DNA from: an uncultured Faecalibacterium sp.
GTDB lineage: Bacteria; Bacillota; Clostridia; Christensenellales; Aristaeellaceae
Length of the DNA stretch: 28,642 nucleotides
Assembly (NCBI GenBank): GCA_964526125.1
Contig: CAZGKQ010000002.1
Span: 1 to 28,642, forward strand
Direction: 5' to 3'
Shown piece after piece: positions 1 to 8,900 of this stretch. Below the pieces are notes generated by a model. It worked only from the letters and a program-made list of their open reading frames with translations. It was not told the DNA's origin and ran no database searches. How positions within the stretch are numbered: the stretch's first letter is position 1; the number at the start of each line of letters is the position of its first letter. The translations under genes were made by a program, and so were the position numbers.

Positions 1-42
1 AAAAGGCTATCGGATTCTTTCCCGAATCCGACAGCCTTTTTT
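1..42. terminator. Bidirectional intrinsic terminator ending the Gld-like operon
   Basis: AAAAGGCT-A-TCGGATTC (1-17) pairs with GAATCCGA-C-AGCCTTTT (24-40). A/T tracts lie on both sides, the single mismatch is a G.U pair on the minus strand, and the hairpin is ~10 nt past the stop at 52. Confidence 0.85.
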
Positions 43-51
43 ATTCACGAT

Positions 52-1416
52 TTATCCCTTTGAATGGTTCCGCAAGGTGCGAATGATCGCATCCACATTC
101 CCTGCATCCACCAGGAAGCAGCGTTCCAGCACCTGCACCGCATAGTTTTCCGCATCATATTCGCTGAAAACCAGCTCCGCCGTCTGCCCGTTCGTTGCTT
201 CCACCGTCACCGTCAGCATCACTGTGCCGTTCGTCTCCTCCGTCACGGCCTTGCTGGGTGTGAGCGCCAGCAAACTGCTCCACAGCTGCTCCCACGTCTC
301 GTCCACAGCCGACTCCGTGTTTTCCACATCGTCAGCAGATGCTGTTTCGTCCGTTTCCGCAGCCTCATCTGCCGTTTCTTCCGGACGCACCCAGCTGTAT
401 ACCGCCTCGCCAGCCGTGAAGGTCGCCGTCTGCACATTGTCCGCCGCCAGATTCAGCATCGTCATGCTGGGCATGGCTTCCGCCGTGGCACTCAGCAGGG
501 CGGAAACCTTGCTGCTGCTCACCGTGTAGACCATCGCCGAGCCCGGCAGACGTGCATAGTAGTTGCCGCTGTCATTCTGGCCGCCAATCAGCAGCGTCAA
601 GGCCGCCGTCTCGCCTTCATAGAGCGTGATGGTCGTAGCCAGCGCTTCCGTCAAGCCGAACGTTTCCAGCTCTGCATCCGTGGCCGTGGCTTCTTCCAGC
701 GCCGCCCAGGTGATGCCCTGCGCATCGCTGAGCAGATCTTCCGCCTCGTCCACATCCAGCGCTGCGCCGGTGAAGGAATCGTACCACAGCTCATTCTCGT
801 TGATGGAGCGGCTGGTTTCTTCCTTCACAACATCCAGCTGCGTGCCAACCGTCAGGCGATCCGCCGCCGTCACACTCGGAATCACTTCCAGCACCGCCAG
901 ATCGTTCATCTCCGTGTCAAAGGACGTGGAGAAGTCCGATGAAATGGTGTACACGATACCTTCATGCCCCAGCGAGAGATAGTAGCCGTCGCCAAAGGGC
1001 GTTTCGTCGCCCAGCGCATAGGTCGTTTCCGTTCCATCAGACCAGCTCGCCGTGACCGTAAAGGCCGGTTCCTGCAAGCCGTAGATGCTCAAATCCGTCA
1101 CACCGTCCAACTGACGCGTGCCCTGAAGGGTCAGCAGCTCATCCGCCATGTCCTGCACGGCGGTCTGATCCAGCGGAAATGCCGGATCAGCAGCGTTTGT
1201 CCAGGTGCCGTCCGCCAGCGTAAAATCGAACATTTCCTCGCCGTTTTGCCATTTCAGGCCGGTCAGTTCATCCGCCGTGTAGGCCGCCAACGTGAAGTTG
1301 CCGCTCGTTTCGTTCACGGTGCTGCTTTCCTGTCCGATCTGCTGTACGCCCCAGTAGCCGCCGATGCATACCAGCAATGCCAGCAGCATCAGCACCATTC
1401 TCTTTCCGCGCTTCAT
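52..1416 (-). CDS. DUF4340-like membrane-anchored extracytoplasmic protein, ABC-exporter associated (454 aa)
   Basis: N-terminal TM helix (MKRGKRMVLMLLALLVCIGGYW), then about three acidic repeats with YGL..P / G....G.YY....G..VY motifs. ATGA overlap with the upstream GldG-like gene is the usual position for DUF4340 genes. Confidence 0.75.
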   Translation of the reverse strand: MKRGKRMVLMLLALLVCIGGYWGVQQIGQESSTVNETSGNFTLAAYTADELTGLKWQNGEEMFDFTLADGTWTNAADPAFPLDQTAVQDMADELLTLQGTRQLDGVTDLSIYGLQEPAFTVTASWSDGTETTYALGDETPFGDGYYLSLGHEGIVYTISSDFSTSFDTEMNDLAVLEVIPSVTAADRLTVGTQLDVVKEETSRSINENELWYDSFTGAALDVDEAEDLLSDAQGITWAALEEATATDAELETFGLTEALATTITLYEGETAALTLLIGGQNDSGNYYARLPGSAMVYTVSSSKVSALLSATAEAMPSMTMLNLAADNVQTATFTAGEAVYSWVRPEETADEAAETDETASADDVENTESAVDETWEQLWSSLLALTPSKAVTEETNGTVMLTVTVEATNGQTAELVFSEYDAENYAVQVLERCFLVDAGNVDAIIRTLRNHSKG

Positions 1417-2879
1417 CGACGCTTCCTCCTTGCCCAGATGACCATGCCGATCACAACCAGCGCCGCCGGAATCACACCGATCATCACCGTGCTCCAGAAG
1501 CTGCTTTCACCTTCCGTCACGGAGAGACCCGTTGCATCCATCGACTTGGCGCGAATCGAAATGCTTTCCTCCTGTCCGCCCATCCAGTTCAGCGCGTTGA
1601 GCAGCAGATTGCTGTTGCCGCCGGAGACAGACCGGTCTACATAGTCCTCAAACCAGCTGTTGCCCGTCAGCCAGAACAACTTGCCGCCGTTTTCGCTGAC
1701 TGCGCCCACGTTGAACGGACCGTCGGTGTCGCCGTCCTCTTTGGAGGTCGTCGTCATGTTCAGCGCATCCGCCTTGGCATACGATTCGTCGGATGTCGTC
1801 AGCAGCCAGGTAATGTCCGCCGTGCTGTCCGCCGTTTCCAGAATCGGCTGGGAGAGCGGTGCGAGCAGGTAGTAACCGGCGCTGATGATCGAATCCGTGA
1901 TTTCGTGGCTGGCCACATCCGGCAGCAGATAATACGGATAGCGGCTCAGGCGCATGTTGCGGTCGCCCTCAATAATCACGCCTTCGCCCAGTTCCAGACC
2001 CATGCTCCGGGTCACGGTCATCAGGTTCGGCATGCTGTCGGCGCTCATGTAGCCCGTCACCAGCACTACATTGCCACCGTTTTCCAGATAGGCGACCAGC
2101 AGCGCCGCCTCGTCTTCATTCAGGTCGGTCGTCGGCTGATGGATCAGAATCGCGCTGGCATCCTCCGGCATTTCTTCCGCCGACAGGAGGGACAGGCTCT
2201 CATACTCAAAGTTGTCCTGCGACAGCATTTCCGTGATGGAGCTGGACAATTCCTGCTCGCCGTGACCGGTGAGCGTATACACCTTGGGCAGGTTGTCACT
2301 GGACACATAATGCAGCGCATTGGTCAGCGCGTTCTCGCCCTCAAAGGTGGTGGTGGATGTGTATGAGTAGGAATAATAATCCATCGAGTAGGAAGTCACG
2401 AAAATCTCGTCATAGCCTACCAGCCGGAAGCGCGGCGAGGTGTACGCTTCGTCCGCGCAGACGACCAGCACGCTGTTTTCGTACAGCTGCGAGATTTCCA
2501 GATCATACTTCGTCAGGAAGGTCGGGTCAATCGTCGGGTCAACCGATTCCACCCGAATGTGGCTGGACAAATCCGCATAGCGGTTCAGCAGCCGCTGGAT
2601 GGTGTCATCCTCGTTGTTCTGCGTGCAGATGATGTACATCGTCACGTCCTTGTCCAGCGAGGCCGCAATGCGCTTCGTCTGGTCGGACAGCGCGTAAATG
2701 GAATTGGCCGTCAGGTCAATTTCCGTCATGCTGGACGGCAGACTGCCTACAATCAGGTTCAGTATGATGGCAATCGTCACCACCACAGCCGCGGCCATCA
2801 CCGAATAGCTGCCAGCGCGGAAGCGTCCGCCAAACATCGCCTTCAGCCGACTGGACAGCGGCTTTTTCTGCTGACTCAT
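1413..2879 (-). CDS. GldG-like / ABC-type uncharacterized transport auxiliary component (488 aa)
   Basis: N-terminal TM, IDLTANSIYALSDQT, VYTLTGHGE, GGN...LLLNALNW, and a C-terminal TM plus WARRKRR. Start moved to the ATG at 2879, which overlaps the permease stop (ATGA). Confidence 0.85.
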   Translation of the reverse strand: MSQQKKPLSSRLKAMFGGRFRAGSYSVMAAAVVVTIAIILNLIVGSLPSSMTEIDLTANSIYALSDQTKRIAASLDKDVTMYIICTQNNEDDTIQRLLNRYADLSSHIRVESVDPTIDPTFLTKYDLEISQLYENSVLVVCADEAYTSPRFRLVGYDEIFVTSYSMDYYSYSYTSTTTFEGENALTNALHYVSSDNLPKVYTLTGHGEQELSSSITEMLSQDNFEYESLSLLSAEEMPEDASAILIHQPTTDLNEDEAALLVAYLENGGNVVLVTGYMSADSMPNLMTVTRSMGLELGEGVIIEGDRNMRLSRYPYYLLPDVASHEITDSIISAGYYLLAPLSQPILETADSTADITWLLTTSDESYAKADALNMTTTSKEDGDTDGPFNVGAVSENGGKLFWLTGNSWFEDYVDRSVSGGNSNLLLNALNWMGGQEESISIRAKSMDATGLSVTEGESSFWSTVMIGVIPAALVVIGMVIWARRKRR

Positions 2880-3742
2880 TCGCTCCACCTCCGCTTCTCC
2901 ATGACCTGCGTCGTCAAAAAGAGCATCACGCCGATAATCGACAGATAGTACACAATCGCCGTCACGTCGAACACACCGTTGACAAACGTGTCAAAGCGGT
3001 CGAACACGCTGATGGCATTCATCATTCGGGCAAACAGGCCGGAGAAGGCGCTGTCATCCACATGATACCAGATTTGCAGCCCGGCAATCAGCCCCACGCC
3101 AACCACGCCGGAGACGATCACGTTTTTCGACATAATGTAGAAAATCACCGCCAGCACCACGGAAAGCACCATCAGCGCGGACAGCGACGCAGACGCTTCG
3201 CTGGACACCCACGAGGACAGCGAACCCATGAAGTACAGCAGCATCATCGTCAGCAGCGTAATGACCGCCGCCGCGACCTGACTGTCCGTCACGGAGGAGA
3301 TAAACAGACCGATAGACAACAGGCAGCCGCCCATCAGGAAGAACGCCAGCAGGGCGCTGTAAGCCGTTGCGAAACCGACCGTGCCGAACTGGCTGAGGAT
3401 CATCGGGTACAGCCCCATGATGGCCGTGGGCAGCGCCAACACCGTCAGCATCGCCAGATATTTGCCAATCACCACACTGCTCAGGCTGATGGGCAGCGCA
3501 TACAGCAGCTGATCCGTCTTCTGCTTCTTTTCCTCCGCCACCGAGCGCATGGAAATGACCGGCACGGCAATCAGGTAAATAAAGCCGATGGCCGACAGCA
3601 CATACTCAAAGTTGGAATAATAGCCGCTGAGGTTATACACCATGCAATAGATTCCTGCAAACACCAGCAGGAACGCGCCCAGGAGATACCCCAGCACACC
3701 TTTGAAATAGGACGCGACTTCGCGCCGATAGACCGCGATCAT
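2876..3742 (-). CDS. ABC-2 type exporter permease, GldF-like (288 aa)
   Basis: Polytopic hydrophobic protein with SMRSVAEEKKQKTDQLLYALP...VIGKYLA motif. ATGA overlaps at both ends. Confidence 0.88.
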   Translation of the reverse strand: MIAVYRREVASYFKGVLGYLLGAFLLVFAGIYCMVYNLSGYYSNFEYVLSAIGFIYLIAVPVISMRSVAEEKKQKTDQLLYALPISLSSVVIGKYLAMLTVLALPTAIMGLYPMILSQFGTVGFATAYSALLAFFLMGGCLLSIGLFISSVTDSQVAAAVITLLTMMLLYFMGSLSSWVSSEASASLSALMVLSVVLAVIFYIMSKNVIVSGVVGVGLIAGLQIWYHVDDSAFSGLFARMMNAISVFDRFDTFVNGVFDVTAIVYYLSIIGVMLFLTTQVMEKRRWSE

Positions 3743-4791
3743 GCCTCTGCCGCCTCCTTTTCCACGGTTTGATCTTCTTCCCGGTTTTCTTCTGTCTGTT
3801 CGGGGGCATCCGACCCGGATTTTCCGGAAGACTTGCGCAGCTTGTCGTCCTGCGCCTCTGCGCCTTCGCCCCCCGTCAGCTCCAGGAAGACATCCTCCAG
3901 GCTGGCACGCACGCGCTTCATTTCCAGAATCGGCAGCTCCGCCTTGGCAAAGGTGCGGAAGATCTGCTCGCGCACGTCCTTTTCACCGTTCTGCTTCAGC
4001 TCGCAGTGGATGCACGTTTCTTCCTGCTGGCAGGACGTGATTTCCACGTTTTCAATGCCTTTGAGCAGCTTTTCCACCGTTTTCCGGTCGCCCAGCACGT
4101 CCAGCTGGATGCTGATCGTTCCGGCAAAGAGGGCGGTCAGGTTGTCCGGCGTGTCGCTGGCCACCAGTTTGCCCCGGGAGATAATCATGATGTGGTCGCA
4201 AACGGCCTGAACCTCTGACAGGATGTGGCTGGACAGCACCAGCGTATGCTCCCGACCCAGTTCGCGGATCAGTTCGCGAATTTCGATAATCTGTGCCGGG
4301 TCAAGACCCACCGTCGGCTCATCCAGAATGATGACTTCCGGATTGCCCAGCAGCGCCTGTGCAATGCCCACGCGTTGCCTGTAGCCCTTGGACAGGTTGC
4401 GAATCAGACGATCCTGCACGTCCACAATGCGCGTCTTTTCCATGACCATGTGCAGTTGCTCGTTCCATTCCCGGTGAGGAACACCCTTGGCATGCGCCAC
4501 GAAGCGCAGATACTCCTTCGGCGTCATGTCCATGTACAGCGGCGGCTGTTCCGGCAGATAACCGATGCGCTTTTTTGCTTCCATCGGCTCATCCACGATG
4601 GAATGTCCGTCCACGCTGACGCTGCCTTCTGTCGCGCCCAGACATCCGGTGATGATGTTCATGGTCGTCGATTTGCCTGCGCCGTTGGGGCCCAGCAGCC
4701 CGTAGACCACGCCCTTTTCGATGCTGAAGGACAGATCATCCACGGCGGTGTGCCCACCATACTTTTTTGTCAGATGGCTGACTTCAATCAA
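3739..4791 (-). CDS. ABC exporter ATP-binding protein, GldA-like (350 aa)
   Basis: Walker A GPNGAGKST, signature LSKGYRQR, Walker B ILDEPT, H-loop SSHIL, C-terminal SLEDVFLELT and an acidic tail. Start reassigned to TTG at 4791, 9 nt after AAGGAGG. Confidence 0.92.
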   Translation of the reverse strand: MIEVSHLTKKYGGHTAVDDLSFSIEKGVVYGLLGPNGAGKSTTMNIITGCLGATEGSVSVDGHSIVDEPMEAKKRIGYLPEQPPLYMDMTPKEYLRFVAHAKGVPHREWNEQLHMVMEKTRIVDVQDRLIRNLSKGYRQRVGIAQALLGNPEVIILDEPTVGLDPAQIIEIRELIRELGREHTLVLSSHILSEVQAVCDHIMIISRGKLVASDTPDNLTALFAGTISIQLDVLGDRKTVEKLLKGIENVEITSCQQEETCIHCELKQNGEKDVREQIFRTFAKAELPILEMKRVRASLEDVFLELTGGEGAEAQDDKLRKSSGKSGSDAPEQTEENREEDQTVEKEAAEA

Positions 4792-4942
4792 CTGTTTCTT
4801 CCTCCTTTGACTTGGATCATGCGATGGCATCCATCGTCTTTCAGGGATTATGATACGCTTTTTATCTGGCGGCCGCGTGCCGCATGGATGACTGTCCGCT
4901 GAAGTTTTGGTGATGTGACGGTGATATTCTGTAAAGAAACTG

Positions 4943-4974
4943 AAAACAGCGACCCGACTTTTGTCGAATCGCTG
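4943..4974 (-). terminator. Intrinsic terminator-like hairpin upstream of the ABC ATPase gene
   Basis: Minus strand CAGCGA-TT-CGAC-AAAA-GTCG-GG-TCGCTG followed by TTTTCAGTTTCTTT. The G.U pairs orient it on the minus strand. Confidence 0.55.
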
Positions 4975-5040
4975 CATGGGGGGACATTTCAATGATTCAT
5001 TTTTCGTTTTTTCACATACAGTCAGAATCATCATCGGCCT

Positions 5041-5095
5041 CAAGCCGGGACATACCTTCGCCTTTCTTCAAAGACATGTCCCGGTTTTGCTTTTC
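5041..5095 (+). other. Plus-strand-oriented stem-loop with downstream T-rich tract
   Basis: AAGCCGGGACAT (5042-5053) pairs with ATGTCCCGGTTT (5076-5087), followed by TGCTTTTCC. No plus-strand gene lies upstream. Confidence 0.45.
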
Positions 5096-5102
5096 CTCAC
5101 AT

Positions 5103-5146
5103 GAAAAATGCGGAGAAATGAGCCTGAAAAGCCCACTTCTCCGCAT
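5103..5146 (-). terminator. Intrinsic terminator downstream of the 181-aa secreted protein gene
   Basis: Minus strand ATGCGGAGAAGTGGGC pairs with GCTCATTTCTCCGCAT as a 16-bp stem (with G.U pairs), followed by TTTT. Confidence 0.8.
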
Positions 5147-5153
5147 GATATTT

Positions 5154-5316
5154 ATACTAATTTACATCTAAACCATGTCATTCACACAGCGTCTTTTCCG
5201 CTCTGACTTTGCTTCATTCCGCTCGCGCGTACCTCCAGTACGCCTCGCTGCACTCAGCTTCGTCAGAACGAAAAATCCACTGTGCTCGGTGCCATGTTTT
5301 AGACGTGAATTAGTAT
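5154..5316. mobile_element. 163-bp non-coding palindromic element (MITE/REP-like) with 24-bp terminal inverted repeats
   Basis: ATACTAATTTACATCTAAACCATG (5154-5177) vs reverse complement of 5293-5316, ATACTAATTCACGTCTAAAACATG: 21/24 identical. Nested internal IRs at 5194-5207/5262-5274 and GCGTAC-CTCCA-GTACGC (5227-5243). Abuts the TAA stop at 5316-5318. Confidence 0.7.
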
Positions 5317-5861
5317 TATTCCGTAATCACATAGCTTCCCATGCTGCCGAGAATCTCCAGCGGCATGTCGCCCATTTCACTCAGCAGCTCGCCGTTCGCC
5401 GTCCGGATGGTCATGACCAGCAGACCCACCTCGTCGTCGGGCGTGTACAGCACCTTCGTCGTCTCATCCGGCGCATACACCAGCGCGTAAATGCCATTGA
5501 CACACACTTCCGTCAGCATCTTCTCCGTCGCACCAGCTTCCACCAACGCAGCGGTCAGCGTGTCCATATCCGTTTCCGCCTTTTCCACGCCGAACAGAAT
5601 CGTCCCGTCCGCATTGCCGACATAGACCATGACGTTCTCCGGATTGTCCATATCCTCCGGAATCGCTTTCATTTCCCACGCCATCGGCACCAGCACATAG
5701 CGTCCTACCTCGGCCAGCAGCAGTGCCTGTGCTTCGTAGCTGATTTCCAGCGAAATCGGGGTGATTTCGGTGTGGATGTCGGCTTCTTCCTCCGCCAGCA
5801 CGTTCATGGTGCAGGCGCAGAGCATGACCAGCGCCATCAGGCACACAAGCATCTTTTTCAT
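5316..5861 (-). CDS. Hypothetical secreted acidic protein (181 aa)
   Basis: RBS GAAAGGA, signal peptide MKKMLVCLMALVMLCACTMNVLA|EEE, codon usage like its neighbours. No recognised domain. Confidence 0.75.
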   Translation of the reverse strand: MKKMLVCLMALVMLCACTMNVLAEEEADIHTEITPISLEISYEAQALLLAEVGRYVLVPMAWEMKAIPEDMDNPENVMVYVGNADGTILFGVEKAETDMDTLTAALVEAGATEKMLTEVCVNGIYALVYAPDETTKVLYTPDDEVGLLVMTIRTANGELLSEMGDMPLEILGSMGSYVITE

Positions 5862-5978
5862 GATGGGATTCCGTCCTTTCTTCTTTGTCGATATGGTTCT
5901 TTACGGCTTTTTTCACTGCCGATTCATCCGCGACGTTCACGCTCCGCCAATGGTCAGACGATTTTCAGGAGGATTTTC

Positions 5979-8900
5979 TTACTTTGCCTGTGTCCAGTCC
6001 TGCTGCGCGCCCACGCCATAGCTGGCCGGGTATACGCCGTCCTCCACCAGCACAAAGCCCAGATCCGCCGTCAGCGTTTCCGCCGCCGACTGCACCTGCA
6101 CCGGAATGGATTCGTCCCCTTCGCCCATCACGGAGACAATGGAGGAGAAATCCGTGCGCTGCTGCGTCGGCTTGACCTGTGCCGGATAGTCCACCTTCAG
6201 GGTGTACACGCCCGGATACAGCTTCTCAAAGCGATAGAAGCCGTATTCATCGGTCGTAGTGGAAGCCACCTTCTGGCCGTCGCGCCACAGCTCCACCGTC
6301 ATATACGCCAGCCCCAGCTCGCCGGAGTCCTGCAAACCGTTTCCGTTCAGATCCAGCCAGCAGAAGTCGCCCAGCGTACCGGATTTCACGCTGCCAATGT
6401 TCATCGTCAGCAGATCCTGTCCCATGCGCAGGGTGATCGGGGCACTCTGCCCCTGCTGCGTGCCGCACTGCGCCATGACGCTGATCAGTTCGCCGCTGCT
6501 CAGGCGCTCGTCCGCCGCTTCCACCACCACATGGTCGGCCGGGAGCTGCACGGAGAGCAGATAGTCCCCCGGCATCAGCCCGGTAAAGGCGTACAGGCCG
6601 TCCTCGCCGGTCACGAAGCTTTCCAGCTCGCCGCCCTCGGCATCCAGCAGCGCTACGGTCGCACCGGAAACCGGCTCAATCTCGCCGCCGTTGTCCAGCC
6701 AGACCTGACCGCCAATCGTCGTTTCCTTCCGCATTCCCAACATCGGCGTATCAATGGTTTCCGCCTCCGCCACCGTGATGTTTTCCATCACCATGCGGCC
6801 TTCCTGCTCGGTGAAGGTGCACTGTCCGGCCTGAGGTGCCAGCACGCCTTCCACCATGGGATAGACCAGGCTGTAAATGCCCGGCGCAAGTCCGTCGATG
6901 GCAAAGCGTCCTTCAAGGTCGGTCGTCAGGCTGGCCACCAGCACGCCATTGGCATCCAGCAGCTCCAACGTTTCGTTTTCCGGGGTGTACTCGCCCTCGT
7001 CCATCTGGCCGTCGTTGTTTTCGTCAAACCAGACGCAGCCTGTCAGCTGCGCAGGAATCACACCGCCCAGCTGCTGGTCAGGCCACTGGCTGCCGTGCGT
7101 CACTTCCAGATCAACTGTCTGCGCGTTCAGCCCCTGCGTCAGCGGCAGGGTCACGCTGCTGTTCATGGTGGAGAGCACCATGCCCTCCGGGAAGAGGATG
7201 GTCATCGTGTAGGTATCCGGACGCAGGCCGGAGAAGCAGAATGTGCCGTCTTCCTCCGTGCAGGCGCTGTATTCGTCCAGATCGCCGCGCGAAGGCGTCA
7301 GGACGATGCTCACATCCGCCAGCGGCTCCTCGCCCTCATCCATTTCGCCATTGCCGTTGTGATCCGCGAAGAAGATCGCGTTCATTTCGCCCAGCGCCAG
7401 TCCACCGCACAGCGGCGCATTCACCACGCCGCCAGCGGACAGGCTGAACCATTCGCTCACGCCCTCTTCGGTGATCTGATTGCCGCCCTCGGCGACGGGC
7501 GCAAACACGCTGCCTTCCGGCAGTTCGTAGGTCAGGTAGTAGCTTCCGGGCAGAACCGCGTCAAACACAAATTCACCGCTGGCCGAAATGGTGGCGCTGA
7601 ACACCTCGCCGTTTTCGTCCATCAGGGTGACTTTCGCGTCGGTCAGCCCCTTCTCGTCCTCATCCATCAGGCCATTGTCATTCCGGTCGGCAAAGACCGT
7701 GCCGTACACCTTGCCCGGTGTTACCAGCCCCATGTCCATACCCACCAGATTTTCACCCATGCTCAGCATGAAGGGTTCGCCCTCGCCCATGCCGCCGGAC
7801 AGGTTCTTCAGCACGCTGCCGCTGCCCATGGTGGTGAAGGCCAGACCGCTGTCCGCCGTCGCGCTCAGGGTGTATTCCCCCGGCATCACCTTGTCGAAGG
7901 TGTACACGCCGTTTTTGTTCGTCTTGACGGTTCTGCTTTCGCCCTGCGCATCGGTCAGGGTGATCTTCATGCCGCTGACCAGGCTCTCGCCGCTTTCAAA
8001 GCTGCCGGAGAAATCCTCGTCGCGGTAGACCGTGCCGGAAATCGTACCGTAGGTCACAGCACCGATGGCCAGCGTCATTTCGCTGTCGTTTTCCAGCACC
8101 ACGTCGCTGATGGTGTATTCGCGGCGCTCCGTGCCGGAAACGAACTGGTTGGCATATTCACCCTCGCCCTGCACGGTGTAGACATAGCCCTGCGGAATCG
8201 TCGCCTTCACGCGGAAAGTGCTGCCGCGGATATTGGAGAAGCTGAAGCGTCCGTCTGCATCGGAGACCGTGTTCAGCAGCTCCTTGCTGATGGACTGGCG
8301 GTACAGCACCACCTTCACGCCCTCCAACGTCGCTTCGCCCTCATCCCAGACACCGTTACCATTCTCGTCCTGGAAGCAGATGCCATTGATGTCAGAGCCC
8401 TTCATCACACCGACCAACGTTTCCAGCACATCGCCGCGCTCGAAGATCATCTGATCCTTTTCGGAACGCTTGAATTCGGAGGTGATAATGGAACGGCGGC
8501 TGCCGCCCGTGCTGGAATAGCGTGCAAAGACCAGCCCATCCGGCAGGGAGTATTCCACATTGTATGTGCCATAGCGAATTTGCCCAATATAGAACGTGCC
8601 GTCCTCGGCGCTCTCCGTTTCGTATACAAGGCCATTCTTCACGCCCGTGGCGGTAATCTTAATGCCAGCCTGGCCGGGTTCGTCATCCTGATAGATGCCG
8701 TCGTCGTTTTCATCCAGCCAGATCATGCCCTTGAGCGCCGCCATCGTCATCACGCCCACGCCCACGTCCGTCACAGAGCCGGCGGATAGCGTCAGCGTCG
8801 TGCTGTTCTGCACCTGGTCGTTGGATTCCTCCATCACGGACAGCTTTTCGCCCAGATTCTTGCTGCTGCGAATGCCGAAGCCAAAGCCAGCCGGAAGCTC

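Noticed and set aside
3739-4791. GldA-like ATPase as the missing energiser of the sugar importers
   Set aside because: It has an exporter-type LSKGYRQR signature, no MalK-type regulatory C-terminus, and is coupled to its own ABC-2 permease.
4792-5043. 84-aa N-terminal extension of the ABC ATPase in the ORF track (similar extensions at 12330-12413, 17452-17493, 25183-25218)
   Set aside because: Strong RBSs and homologous N-termini point to downstream starts, and the extensions run through promoters or hairpins.
4992-5171. 59-aa plus-strand sORF as a possible type I toxin or leader peptide
   Set aside because: No clear TM helix and weak RBS. It runs across two hairpins and into the MITE end.
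5175-8789. 1204-aa plus-strand ORF, plus 8904-10601 and other long antisense ORFs over the left half
   Set aside because: Shadow frames antisense to well-supported genes. High GC3 bias suppresses stops, and they show no RBS or recognisable motifs.
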